The notes under the pieces are model-generated. The model was given only the letters and a program-made list of their open reading frames with translations. It did not search any database and was not told where the DNA came from. A DNA stretch of 64,000 bases from the human T2T-CHM13v2.0 reference genome, Homo sapiens. The DNA lies in the NCBI RefSeq assembly GCF_009914755.1, contig NC_060926.1. One strand, given 5' to 3'. Below, piece by piece: positions 12,361-26,402 of this stretch (its first letter is position 1; the number at the start of each line of letters is the position of its first letter). The position numbers and the translations under genes were made by a program.

Positions 12361-12830
12361 CTGCCCCCTGCGCACGCACCCCACCGGCACTTGGAGGCCG
12401 CAAGGACGCTCGCCAGGCTGCCGCAACGCGTGCTGGGGCCAGAACCCCGCTGCTGGGATTCCCTGCGCGGTGCCGACTAGGTTCCTGGGTGGAGTGTCCC
12501 AGGACCACGTGGGCTGAAAGGGAACCCGAAGTGACTCCCGGCCTCCCCACAGGTCTCGCGGGACGCAGCAGCGGCGAGGGCGCGGGGTTGTGGCGCCTGG
12601 GAGCGAGGGGCAGCCGGCGGCTGCGCTGCCCCGGCCGAGCTCTCGAACCAGCGGCCGCGCCTGCCGCTCTGCGGTTTGGGAGGGGAGCGGACCTGCGAGC
12701 GCCGAAGGGCGGTGGGGCAGGGCGACCGCCCAGCCCAAGTCGCCGCCGCGCGTGGCCCGCGCGCAGCCTCCGCCGCCGCGCGTGGCCCGCGCGCAGCGTC
12801 TGCCGCCGGCTCCGCCTCCCGGACGCCCGG
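12361..12830 (-). other. FTCDNL1: Putative non-coding exon 1 / 5'UTR of FTCDNL1
   Basis: Lies in the CpG island. Minus-strand donor GGGCAG|gtgaac at 12361/12360. No ATG seen in the segment. A TAG at 12479-12477 is in frame with the downstream ATG, so ATG 10583 is the first in-frame start. The TSS position is approximate. Confidence 0.65.
12741..12808. repeat. 30-bp GC-rich tandem repeat (about 2.3 copies)
   Basis: cgccgccgcgcgtggcccgcgcgcagcctc / cgccgccgcgcgtggcccgcgcgcagcgtc / tgccgccg. Confidence 0.95.
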
Positions 12831-13048
12831 AGCGCGCCCCACCCCAGCCGCACACCGACCGGGCTGGCTCTGCCTCTCCCTCCCTGACCCGGCACCACGT
12901 GCCTGGCGTCCTTGAACGCTTCAGATTTTTATCAGTGTTGCCTTTTCGTTTGCTCTTCCGTATCGCCAGACCCTCCACAATTCTCTAGTCAATTAATGAC
13001 TTTAAAGGGGCATTGGAATCTAATGATCAGGTCTTTGCCTATTGATCA

Positions 13049-13067
13049 TGCACCAGCAGGGGGCTCT
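13049..13067 (+). promoter_or_regulatory. CTCF motif
   Basis: CCAGCAGGGGGCTC at 13053-13066 matches the core consensus CCASYAGRKGGCRS with one mismatch. Confidence 0.7.
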
Positions 13068-15599
13068 TCTCTCGTTTCCTTGGAAGGGACACACGCACTC
13101 ACACACACCCTTCTGGTAAATCCCCTCCTGGAGGATTAGTGCCCCCCGTGACTGTGAACTGGACCCACCCCGGGACAAAAGCAGTCCTTGCGCATACCCA
13201 TTTAGTCAAAGTTACAACGAATATGAATCAGGCTTCCGCATTTCCTTTTTTTCTAGGCCACTCAACCTTGAAAACACATTTCGCTTCCAAAAAATCAGGA
13301 CCTGCTTTTTTTTTTTTCGTGTAGCAAGGATTAAATGTCACCATTTTGATCCAATTTTGTTCCTGTAGTGAAATAATCACTAAATAACTACTTTGACGGA
13401 ATAAATTAATTTTTAAATCTATTTTTTATTTTCTAATTATAATTTTTAAACACAGATTTGAGGAAATTAACATTTATGTGGACATTTGGTTTCTAGCCTA
13501 ATGTGGCATAAAAATAAGTAACATAATGAGTGTTAAAAAAAATCAGGTTCATGATGCTTCTCACATCATCATCATTGTACTTAGATGTCACAACAGTATT
13601 ATGTGCGATTATGTCAGATCCAGCCTTCTCCATCTCGGAGTGTTGGCAGGTAGGAGGGTTGTTGGCAAGAGGAGGGGTGTTAACCTCAGGATCCTGGATC
13701 CATTCCAAGGCTGGTAATTACATTCTGCCAGCCAAAATTCATCCCATAATTTTAATTGGATAAATCCTTTCTGGCCTAAGCTACTGCTATGCCTGTCAAA
13801 CTGTTGCCACATTTCACCCCAGAGGTGTCTGTGTTTTAGTTGCAAGAATCAGTCCCTTTGAGGTTGGCTTATCTGTTTAAATCCTCAAAATGCACTGGGA
13901 TCCTATGGAATTAAATATATATTTAGGTATTTTTTTCTACTAAATCTGCATAGAAGTGCATAAAGTAGATACATACCCATGTTATTACCTAAAGACCAAT
14001 ACCTATCTAATGTCAGCATTCACTAGATAATTTTGAGAGCTTTTTAATCAGACCAATATTCCTAACTTTCTTCATCTTCTCTTTTGAGAGCTTTTTTGGC
14101 CTCTAGCTTTAGCTTCCGTTTTCCAAAAAAAGTAATGTGGTGTCCAAATGTTCCTTCCATGGTAGGGCAAAGAACCAGAATCCCCTGTATTTCACCTTTC
14201 CAAACAATCGGATAATGATACTACTTGCCAAATGAGACAGCGTAATAACATTACATCTAATCTTATAATATTTCTCCAGAGAAAACAGTGTGACACCTGG
14301 GGGCTTCATGGTTCTAGCTGTAGAAACTGCCAGAAGGAAAGCTTTTCCCCCCACAGCTCCTAATCCTCTCTTTCTCCCGAGAGACTGTTCCTTACGGAGC
14401 TACAGGCTATGGGGGCATTAAGTAAGATAACATTTCTGAAAGCATCCCTTTCTCCACTCTACTCACTTCAAACCCAAATGGAGAGAAAGCAGGGCCCCAG
14501 TGTTCTTTGTGGGGGGCAGCATCCGGCCCCTGCCTGAGAAGGGTAAGCATGTATTTTTGGAAAATACAAGGAGACACATACCAACCTGTCCCATGAGAAG
14601 TTTAGCGATACGATTGAAAGTATTATTTTGTTCTCTTCAAGAATGGAAAGTTACCATCGGTTACTTTAGGTGTACCGCATGTACTCCTGCCCATTTCACT
14701 ACATAAAAGAGCTTTATGTCACATTTCTGTGTGCATCTTAAGTCTCTCATTTTTATTTAACTTAGCATTCTTTGGAGGGAGTCTTCCTACTTTTTGAATT
14801 AATGTATTATTCTGACTCCTTGATTCTTCTGCTAAATTCACCTTGTGGGCATTAGTTCTTTTGCTCATTATGGTTCCTGTCCAGAAAGATATAAGCCCTG
14901 GAATAGAGCAACTGAAACTCCCATGGGTCAGTTCTATCTACGACAACTGCTGTTCTGTAACACTCCCATTGGCTTCCTGTTAGACAAAGAGGACACTTTT
15001 CTTTACCCTTTGTTTTCGTTTTTGCAAGCAGGGAGAACTTAGTTCTTGTAGGAGACTTTCCTGACCCAACTGAGCTGAAGAGGGTAAAAGGGAGAGGCTG
15101 TGCTCACTGTGGCCTCACAGATCTACCTGAGCCCACAGCCCAGGTGTTGGTTGAGCAGGGCCAGGATGAAGGTAAGGTCAGTGAGGCGTTCACCCTGGGC
15201 ACAAAATGTAAGTAGGTGCCAAAAAACTCAGGGATGCGACATTTTTTAAAATAAAAATTAATGCAGAAAAGAAATGTGGTGAACAAAATATCAAAATCTT
15301 AAGTAAAGACAGGATCCGACCCTGCACTTGCCTCTCAACTCAGCCTCACTGACCTCACCCTGATCCTGGCCCTGGGATTGTCCGCTTGTGCCAACCTGTT
15401 TCTGATTGTAGGCCTGAGAGGAAACTGTGCCACTCCGCCCTGCCTGCATCCTTTCTTCTGCCCCACAAAATGGGCAACAAAACCAACAATGTCAAGGATA
15501 GAAATTTCCAGGCCAGTGGAGACATATAATTCATACTCTGTTCAAGAGTTTCTAGACCTCCATAGATAGGAGACAGCCAATTTATTTCAAAAGAAGGCA

Positions 15600-15893
15600 A
15601 GCCAGGCGCAGTGGCTCACACCTGTAATCCCAGCACTTTAAGGAGGCCAAGGCAGGCAGATCACTTGAGGTCAGGAGTTTGAGCCCAGCCTGGCCACCAT
15701 GGTGAAACCCTGTCTCTACTAAAAATACAAAACTTGGCCAGGTATGGTGCTGCATGCCTGTGATCCCAGCTACTCAGGAGGCTGAAGCATGAGAATCACT
15801 TGAACCTGGGAGGTGGAGGTTGCAGTGAGCCAAGATTGTGCCACTGCCCTCCAGCCTGGGTGACAGAGCAAGACTCTGTCTCAAAAAAAAAAA
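15600..15893 (+). mobile_element. AluS
   Basis: Full dimer; outer TSD aaaagaaggcaa spans this element and the following AluY. Confidence 0.93.
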
Positions 15894-15894
15894 G

Positions 15895-16210
15895 AGCTGG
15901 GCGCAGTGGCTCACGCCTGTAATCCCAGCACTTTGGGAGGCCGAGGTGAGCAGATCACAAGGTCAGGAGATCGAGACCATCCTGGCTAACACAGTGAAAC
16001 CCTGTCTCTACTAAATATACAAAAAATTAGCCAGGCATGGTGGCGGGCGCCTGTAGTCCCAGCTACTCAGGAGGCTGAGGCAGGAGAATGGCGTGAACCC
16101 AGGAGGTGGAGCTTTGCAGTGAGCCAAGATTACACCACTGTACTCCAGCCTGGGCAACAGAGCGAGACTCCATCTCAAAAAAAAAAGAAAAGAAAAGAAA
16201 AAGAAAAAGA
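15895..16210 (+). mobile_element. AluY inserted in the tail of the preceding AluS
   Basis: Y diagnostics: gagatcgagaccatcctggctaacac, gaatggcgtgaaccc, gagctt. Confidence 0.9.
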
Positions 16211-18029
16211 AGGCAAAACCTTCTTGGAACTAGGAAAAGAATCAACTTTACGTACCTGATACATTTCAGAGTATGAAAATTAGGTTTCCTATTGTGCAGC
16301 AGAATTTTGAAATGTTTTTAAAGAACCTCCTAATTAATACTATCTATATTATGGGTTGTTTTTTTTTGGTGTAGCATTTGTTTGTGTTCAGGAAAACATG
16401 AATAGAGAATTATCCTTAGAAAGACAGAAGTCTAATTCTTATTGCAACTTGTTTCACTTTAATCACATTTTTGCACTACGTCAGACTTCATTCTATCTTC
16501 TTCCCTCATGGAACGTGAAAAGATTTTATTTCTCCTTGCATATAAATGTGGTCTGATAAATGAGGGATTTTTTAAAGTGATCTTAGTTGTCACTATAGGA
16601 CAGTGAAGTGTTTTTAATTACCTGTGAATTTTAAATTGTTTTATCATGTGATGTTATGAAATATGTGTTCTACTAGTCATTTTTCTAAAATAGCAAATAG
16701 GTTTCACTGCTGCCATTATTAGTTTGGAGTGACAGAAGCTGTGCTATTAATTTAAGCGAAGAAAAGGAGGTTGATGTCCAGAAAAAAGTGACAGCAACTA
16801 ACAGAAACACCTCCATTCCCCACACACCTGTGTATTAATTACATAAAATGATCACTAGCCATTTTTGTCTGGATGAAGGAAGGGTGTGGGGAACCATAGA
16901 ATTTTGAAAATTAACAATTTATTTTTCACCTTAATATTTTTGAAATCACTTTCTCTTTACACAATATGGATTGGGTTCTTTCTCTTTAGTCTGCCAATGT
17001 CTCTTTCAAGAAAGACCAGTAGGCTAAAATGTAAGCATAGTTATTAGCTTAAAATGGAATCACTTGCTATGCATTCACAGCTGGAGTATCTCATGTAACT
17101 AGCCAAAAGTTAAAAGTCTATGATCCACCTGCCCCTTAATTCATTCTTTGCCTTTTTATACCTTCCATGTAGTCATTCAGTTGTGCTTTCCTTTATTAAG
17201 GAACCTGGGCATAATGCAGATGAAATGAAGTGTTTTCTAGAGCCTCTCTCCAAAGCTGCTTCTTCATAACTCTTAGTTATATTGCAGATGAAAAACAATT
17301 CCTAAAACAGACTTTGAATTTCTGCTGAAAATTTGTTTTAACTTTTGGGACAACATTAAGGTTATTTCCAAAGCTACTAAAATTCACAAAATGTATCATT
17401 ACATTCAAAAAATGCTGGGAATGCTTAGACACATTTTCCCCTAAGTAACGTGAATTTTTGTTGTTTTATGAGGTTTTTATCAATAAATATTTACTTAAAA
17501 ATGCCAACCAGTGAACGGTAACTGCCAACATCTTGTGTCAGTCCAGCAATGGCCAGTCATGCTCTCCACACCTTCACAGGGCTGTTGTTGTTTAATGTCC
17601 CTATGTATATGCAAATGAATGGCAACTCTTACGGACACCAAGAGGGGAAGGTCCTACATGCACAGAAATCAGAGACCCAAAACAAAAGCCTGCATGTCGT
17701 GTTTGCCACATCCTAATTCAGGTGGGTGTTCAGAGGCACCCCTTGTTTTTGAAAAGGAGCTCCTTGTGGAGAGAACCAGTTCTCCTGCATTTGGGTAGAT
17801 CTCCAAGCCCTGTCTCTGCAGGACACTCAAACTGAGGGTTTCATGCTAGTTTGTTTGGTTTTTACTATATAGCTCAGCGTTGGAAGGAATTTAACTTTTA
17901 TGAATGTATCTTTTCATTACATTTAAATAGAAAATTTTTGATTTCTTAGGAAGAAGGGGAAAAAATTAATTTGTTGGTGCTTTTTCTTTTTTTTAAATTT
18001 TATTTTGGTGCCTTTTTTTTTTAACATGG

Positions 18030-18369
18030 TTTTTTGTGTTTATTTTTGTTTTGAGACAGACTCTCACTCTTGCCCAGGATGGAATGCAGTGGTTGATCAT
18101 GGGTCACTGCAGCCTCTACTTCCCAGGCTCAGGTGATTCTCCCACCTAGGCCTCCTGAGTAGCTGAGGCTACAGGCACGTGCCACCACACCTGGCTAATA
18201 GCTGGGGCTACAGACATGTGCTCCCACACCTTGCTAATTTTTGTATTTTTTGTAGACACGGGGTTTGCTATGATGCCCAGGCTGGTCTTGAACTCCAGAA
18301 CTCAAGCAGTCTGCCTGCCTCAGCCTCCCAAAGTGCTGTGATTACAGGAATGAGCCACCGTGCCTAGCC
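18030..18369 (-). mobile_element. AluJ with internal ~39-bp duplication (18160-18237)
   Basis: Reverse-complement Alu; tagctgaggctacaggcacgtgccaccacacctggctaa is repeated in diverged form. Confidence 0.88.
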
Positions 18370-18546
18370 TACAAGTTTTCTTTATCCTATCCTGTGTCTC
18401 TCAGTTATTATTCAACTCTTTTAGCTTAAAGGTCTATGCTCATGTCAAAGATTTGAAAACAAAAATTCCCTGCCACTACAGGGCAGAAGGGACCTTAGAG
18501 ATCATCTGGCATCTCCTCATAACCCTTTGTTCAAATTCTGCCTCCA

Positions 18547-18696
18547 CCTGGTACAGTGGCTTACATCTGTAACCTCAGAGCTTTGGAGAGGCTGAGGCAG
18601 GAGGATGGCTTCAGGCCAGGAGGTCAAGGTTGCAGTGAGCTGTGATCACGCTACTGCACTCCAGCCTGGGAGAGCGAGACCCTGTCTCAAAAAAAA
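18547..18696 (+). mobile_element. Alu monomer (FRAM/FLAM-like)
   Basis: Single-arm Alu with A tail. Confidence 0.75.
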
Positions 18697-18995
18697 TTAC
18701 ACCTCACCTGAAATAAGACAATAGAGACGAAAGCAGAGTGGCTGATGGAAGCAGGGGGTTGGGGTGGAGAGTTGGGTGTCCCACTGTCCTGCACTTTTCG
18801 CCCCCCACCCACCCTGTATCTACTTCTTCCACAGCCTGTGCCTAACCCTAAGGTCCCTTCAAAACCACGAACTAGTTCAAACACTTTTCTTGGGCTTGAA
18901 CCCCTTTTTTATAACATCATACAATGTTCTTATCTTTTGAAAATTAGCCCTCTCTCGAAAAGAGATCTATGATGTGGTCTCAAAATGCGAGTGCT

Positions 18996-19235
18996 GCTGG
19001 GCACGGTGACTCACACCTGTAACCCCAGCACTTCGGGAGGCCAAGGCGGGCAAATTGCTTGAGCTCAGGAGTTCAAGACCAGCCTGGGCAACATACGGAG
19101 ACCCTCATCTCTACCAAAAAAAAAAAAAATCCAAAAATTAGCCAGGCATGGTCATGCTCACCTGTAGTCCCAGCTACTCGGGAGGTGAAGTGGGAGGATA
19201 GTTTGAGCCCAGGAGTGAGACCTTGTCTAAGAAAA
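18996..19235 (+). mobile_element. AluJ with right-arm deletion
   Basis: Left arm plus partial right arm. Confidence 0.85.
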
Positions 19236-19858
19236 GCAAGTGCTGTGGAAAATCCACATTGCTTTGTAAATTATTGGATGGGTCTTAATTTCTGCAGAGG
19301 AAATAAATATGGATGAATATTCAAATCTGAAATGTTCCATCAAAGACTTGAATTAATACTGGAGGAAATGTGGTATAGAAACCATAACGATCAAGATTTG
19401 GGGGAAGGAGGAAGGAGGATTCCAAAAGATGCAATCAAATAGGGCAGGTAATTATAGTTCAAACAACAGGCAAGAATGAAAGTGGCTCAGTTACTGTATC
19501 ATTAACCAGTTCTGAAGACTGTAATACAGCCCTGCCCTTCCCAATACCTCTGTGACTTTAAACATCAGTATTTTCATTTCTCTATTTTGGGCAAAAGGAT
19601 GGACGTGTTCCTTATAGGAGATTTCTGGGTTTTCTGTATTTTATTTAGATATGGGGGCCATTTTTGTTCTCTGCACCCTCACCTTTTTGGTTTTTTTTTT
19701 TTTTAACTTATATCTCATGTTACTCCATTTGATCTATTCTGTGACCTTAAGTTCTGAATGACTACAGAACTGTGTGCAGCAGTGGCTTCAGCCACCCATA
19801 TTTTAAAGCCAAATTTAAATTACAAATATAAAAACATATAAAAACATATATTTTGTAA

Positions 19859-20233
<375 letters not shown>

Positions 20234-20485
20234 CACACAACTTTTCATATCAGGTTTTCTTTATTTATTAATGTAAGACACAAAGGACTCGCCACAGTTT
20301 TATTTCTGTAAAACACTAATACTTTTGAAGTAATTTTTCAAACTATAAAACTTGCTAAACTAGTTGTATCTAATTAGACTGTCTAAAATGTATTGATAAA
20401 AATACAAGAGTAGAGAAGTTGGAGGGGAAAATATTTTTAAAATTTATTCTGGTGCAACCTCAATTAGCTATTGACGTAGTAATAA

Positions 20486-20809
<324 letters not shown>

Positions 20810-21085
20810 TGGAAGACTCTATTCTGCAGAATAACTTGATCTACTCAAGTATGTCCAGCCTTAAAACAAACACCAAACATTTTAATAGGAATATATAATA
20901 TTTTGCTCATCATAATGAAAGTAAATGTCTGTGACAACACAGTTTTTATATATTAAAAAATGTTCTTTATAGATGTGATTTTATTGCAAGTTGTAATATA
21001 AATCTAATAGTATACAGTATGTAATATATCTAATGGATTGACTGTCTAATTATAAAACATGGTTTAAAAGCTAGAGGAAACCTGA

Positions 21086-22340
<1,255 letters not shown>

Positions 22341-22360
22341 ACAAGGAAGTGAATGAATAG

Positions 22361-22588
22361 GTCAATTTCTCAACCTTGGCACTGTTATATTTTGAGCAGT
22401 GTAATTCTTTGTTGTGGGAGGCTGTCCTGTGCACTAAAGGACGCTTAGCAGCATCCCTGGCCTCTACCCACTAGATGCCAGCAGCAGTTCCCTCCACCCC
22501 CACCCATGCAGCTGGAAAAACCAAAAATGTCTCCAGACATTGCCAAAGACCTGCCAAGGGCAAAATTGCCCTTGGTTGAGAACCACTG
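22361..22588. mobile_element. MER20 (hAT-Charlie MITE)
   Basis: ttctcaaccttggcact...gcagcatccctggcctctacccactagatgccag...aaaatgtctccagacattgcca...ggttgagaaccactg. Confidence 0.88.
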
Positions 22589-24514
22589 GAAGAGATGGAA
22601 AGAAGACTGGTTACAGCAATTCAGGTGGAGAGCAGGGATTGGTCTCCAATTCAGTTCAGTACTTTCTCTAATATGATTTAGCCTTGTTGAGATCCAAATC
22701 AATTCTTAATCTTCTCACAAAATAGTCTTAAAACCCGAGATTGAAAACAGAGTCAACAAAAATATAATTTATGAGACAGAATATTTAAAAACAACATTAA
22801 GAGTAAAGGTATACTTCCTTTATTTTAACGAATTTAGTTTACTATTGCCTTTTAAAAATACCATTTATCTGTAGCTGATATTGTTAAATTATAATTATTT
22901 GACCGTGCCTAATAAGTATTTGCTCCTGGAAGTCATATGGTTTGTCAAAATTTTCTAAATGCCACTTTATAGCACCATCTTGTGGATCTCAGAGGAATTC
23001 ATGGATTTCAGTTTAAAATGTCTAGTCATTTCTTCAGAAAAGGATGAAAAGAATAAACTATAAAGAAAAAATAAGTTGTGTTTATTGAAATGTTCCACCA
23101 AACTCTGAATTAGAGACATAGTGAAGTTTGACTTCAATTTTTATATTCGGCCAAGATTTACTGTTTGGTTTCAACTACAGCTTCCTCTTTGGCCTTTGGA
23201 AAGTCAAATAGCCACAAACCTACATCACTGTCATCATCATGTGTGTCTTTTATAGGTTACTACCATGTACAATCAGCAAAGAAGGGATGTGCCAACAAGA
23301 AAGGTCATCCTAATGTACTGTTTAATATTTGAATATTCATTTTGAATGTACAGATATAACTTAGAATTAAAATTTCCTTATGTGCTGTAAGTATTGGAAG
23401 AGCAGTGTTGCAAAATTAGGGAAGATTGTGAAAGCTAGTAAGCTTACACAGAAAACAAATAAGAATCTTTAAGCTGTTAAATTGAGAAATAGGGATATAG
23501 ATTGACAATAATATGAATATTCATTCCTGTACCATGATGTCAAACTTTTAAAATCTGATTACTAAATTTTTTATTATATAAGCATAATTGCAGTTACAGT
23601 TCACATTTTGTATTATATCTAAGGAGTTCATTCTATGATGGTATCTAGCATCAGCCTCCAAAAAATGTTGATCCAATACTTAGCCATTGGGAATTTGGCC
23701 TAAAAATGTATTCGATATACACTTATTCTAAACCTAAAAGAAGAATTAAATAGAAAGAAAATGATGTAAAACATAATGGATTTGAAGTACCTTCCTCTTT
23801 TTTTAAATATGTGAGTTTTTTCTTTCTAACTTGAAAGTAAATATTTATCACGAAATACCAGGAGCATTAAAGGCTAAGGACCATACGAGTACCCTGCATG
23901 GGATTACTGTATGGAAAAAAGCATTTCTATTAATGGATGTGTCAATAATTACAGTCCAATTTTATAGGCAAAATGTTTAATTGATTAACATTCTAATTTG
24001 TTATTTTCCATCCTGATAGACAATCTCCTTCTCTTCTTCATGACATAAACTAAGCATAGCCATATACTAGAAGATTCTATTCCTTGATTATCTCCTCATC
24101 TCTCCACATGGAAACATCAAGAATGGCCAACTGAGTTCAGCCCAGCGTATGTGGGTATCTAAGCTCCATTTTTCTCTAAGATAAGGTACCATTATTTAGG
24201 GAAATGGTAAGAATACAAGGGTGTCTAAAAGATAACTTTTCTTGCAAGAACTTTCACATAATTGTTTTGACCCCAAAGTAACAATATTACGTTACAGGAC
24301 AGTGGACTCCTTTGCAGGTCTTTGTGGTTGAAGATAGATCCCCAGCAGGTAGATCAAGTCAGCCAGCTCGAATAATCACAATAGTTGTAATGGCATTTAG
24401 CTCTATTTAACCCACTTACCTGTGTAAGAAGGCAATCCACATTATGAATAACATAGTTTTTGGCTTTGAGTAAGCATAGAGATGCCCCCGATTAGTCAAT
24501 ATTCCATAGTGGAA

Positions 24515-24692
24515 AAAACTTCAGACCAGGGATTAAGAAACCATATTTCTATTCCAGCCTGTCACCAAGTGCATAACATTGGACAAATGACTCAGCCCCT
24601 CTGCATCTCAGTTCCCGTATCTGTCAAATGAGGCGGCTGGACTGGGTGTTCTTTAATGTCCTTTCCAGCTTAACAGATTAAGATTCTATGAA
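24515..24692 (+). mobile_element. MIR
   Basis: ctctgcatctcagttcccgtatctgtcaaatgagg...ggact...tttccagct...gattctatga. Confidence 0.75.
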
Positions 24693-26364
24693 TTGTTCTG
24701 CTGGGTAGGAGCCTAGCCCAACTTTAATATTCTCTTTCTGCTAGTGGCCCTAGGGAATGATTTGAGTAGTGTCACCCTGCACATTTAAGGACTTAACAAA
24801 ACCATCTCTAACTTTCCCTCCTAGTGATCAAAGGTAGAAGTACCCTTTAAGTTTTTAAACTTTTCTTTATACCATTTATTTTCAATATATACCACATCAG
24901 AAAGACTTCCATTTTATTTGTGAATATTTTCTTCAAATTTCAGAGAATATTCACCTAATCTTACTTTTCTAAAATCAGCTTCTAATTCTCTGAAACTTTT
25001 GTATCTTACATATTTTACAGACTGTAATCATACATCTTTTATCTTTTCCTGAAGAGAGCCTGCAGAACATTTACCCTGTTAAGGGTTCCACAATCAAAAT
25101 AACTTTCGGTCTCACTTCATGGTATATGTCTTATTGGATATTCACAATGGCTGTTATAACTTCAACAATTCTGAAACATTACCTTTGTTTTCTGATTGTT
25201 TTTGTTTTGAGTTTGTTTTATTTTGTCTTGGTTAGTCAATTTATTTTTGGCAGGATTTTTGGGGGCTATCACTTCAGAAATTGGCTTTACCATTCTAAGC
25301 CTATTGTTTTAGCCTGTCCTGACACAAAGTTACTTCTCAGAAAATTTTATGCTTCTCTGAATATTTTTTCCAGCTCCTTTTAAAAAATGTATTTAATTAT
25401 TTCCTTCTAGAAATGAATAAGAACCTCTGAACTTAACATTAGGATGGCCATTTAAAAGACAAATGAACTTTCAGTCCAATATCTGAGATACCTCAAAGAT
25501 TCAGATGTCTCCAGTTTCCATTTCTGTATTTGATATATTTAATTCAAAGGTAAGCTCAAAATATATTGAGACTAACTCAGTGTGTTCCCTTGTGCTACCT
25601 CAGTCGAATATGATTTTGGTGATGAAAGTCCATGTTCAATAATCCCTGGAATCAAAAGTAGGTGTGAGAACCTTAAAAAAAAAAAACTATGTATATATAC
25701 GCAATGCAAAGAAAAGAGTTATGTGTTTACAAGGAGTGAGAAAATTAAAGTTTGGAACCTGCTGTGATGAGGAGTAAGAAGCAATGACATTTCCACTGAA
25801 TGCGCTACCCTAACCTCTCATCTACTGAAATATTATACTAACTTTGTAAAACTGGATACCTAACATGTCTTATGTTGAATGTTAGCCAATAGTTGCAGCA
25901 AAGGTGATTAGTCAGTTAATCTCAAAGTTAGTTAGGATTTTAAGTTTAACCTATACATACACCATAATAACAGGATTGGGGCAACTAACATAATTTATTT
26001 GTTGAAATTAAAGTTATTATGAAGTTATAATATCAAATATTCTGACAAAAATAGTCAAAAATACTTTTGGTCACTAAATTTCATACCATTACTACATTTG
26101 TATTAATTATATGATATGGACCCTTATATTTCAGTATTTCATGGCATTTACTGATAACTTTGTTTCTCCTTAATATTTAGAGAAAGGATTTTATATTACT
26201 GTTTTTCTCTTAAAGTTATCTTATACGCGTTTTTGCTATTTTTATCTTATTTACAAATTAAGCACATTTAAGTTACTAATCTACTTTAAATTTTAAATGA
26301 GAAATGCTTTAAAAAATAGGAATTAGACATCTTGTGCCCAAAATATTGAAAACATAATCCCTTT

Positions 26365-26402
26365 AAAAATATCCACCATCAAAAAAAAAAAAATCCACCA
26401 TC
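26365..26402 (+). mobile_element. Poly(A)-only retro-insertion with TSD
   Basis: atccaccatc-A12-atccaccatc directly after a TT|AAAA L1 endonuclease site. Confidence 0.6.

Larger units (their letters stand above)
12283..12970. promoter_or_regulatory. CpG island promoter of FTCDNL1
   Basis: About 700 bp that are very GC- and CpG-rich in an AT-rich background. GC boxes (CCCCGCCCCC 12295-12304), CACGTG E-boxes (12507-12512, 12896-12901) and an ETS-like CCCGAAGTGA near 12525. Confidence 0.92.

Noticed and set aside
11532-12808. 28-30-bp direct repeats as a CRISPR-like array
   Set aside because: Only two adjacent copies each, no spacers, and a eukaryotic context.
12278-12988. Six overlapping 79-216-aa ORFs in the CpG island
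   Set aside because: They use non-ATG starts, are Arg/Gly/Ala/Pro low-complexity and occur on both strands. This is expected from stop-codon scarcity in GC-rich DNA, and no family resemblance was seen.
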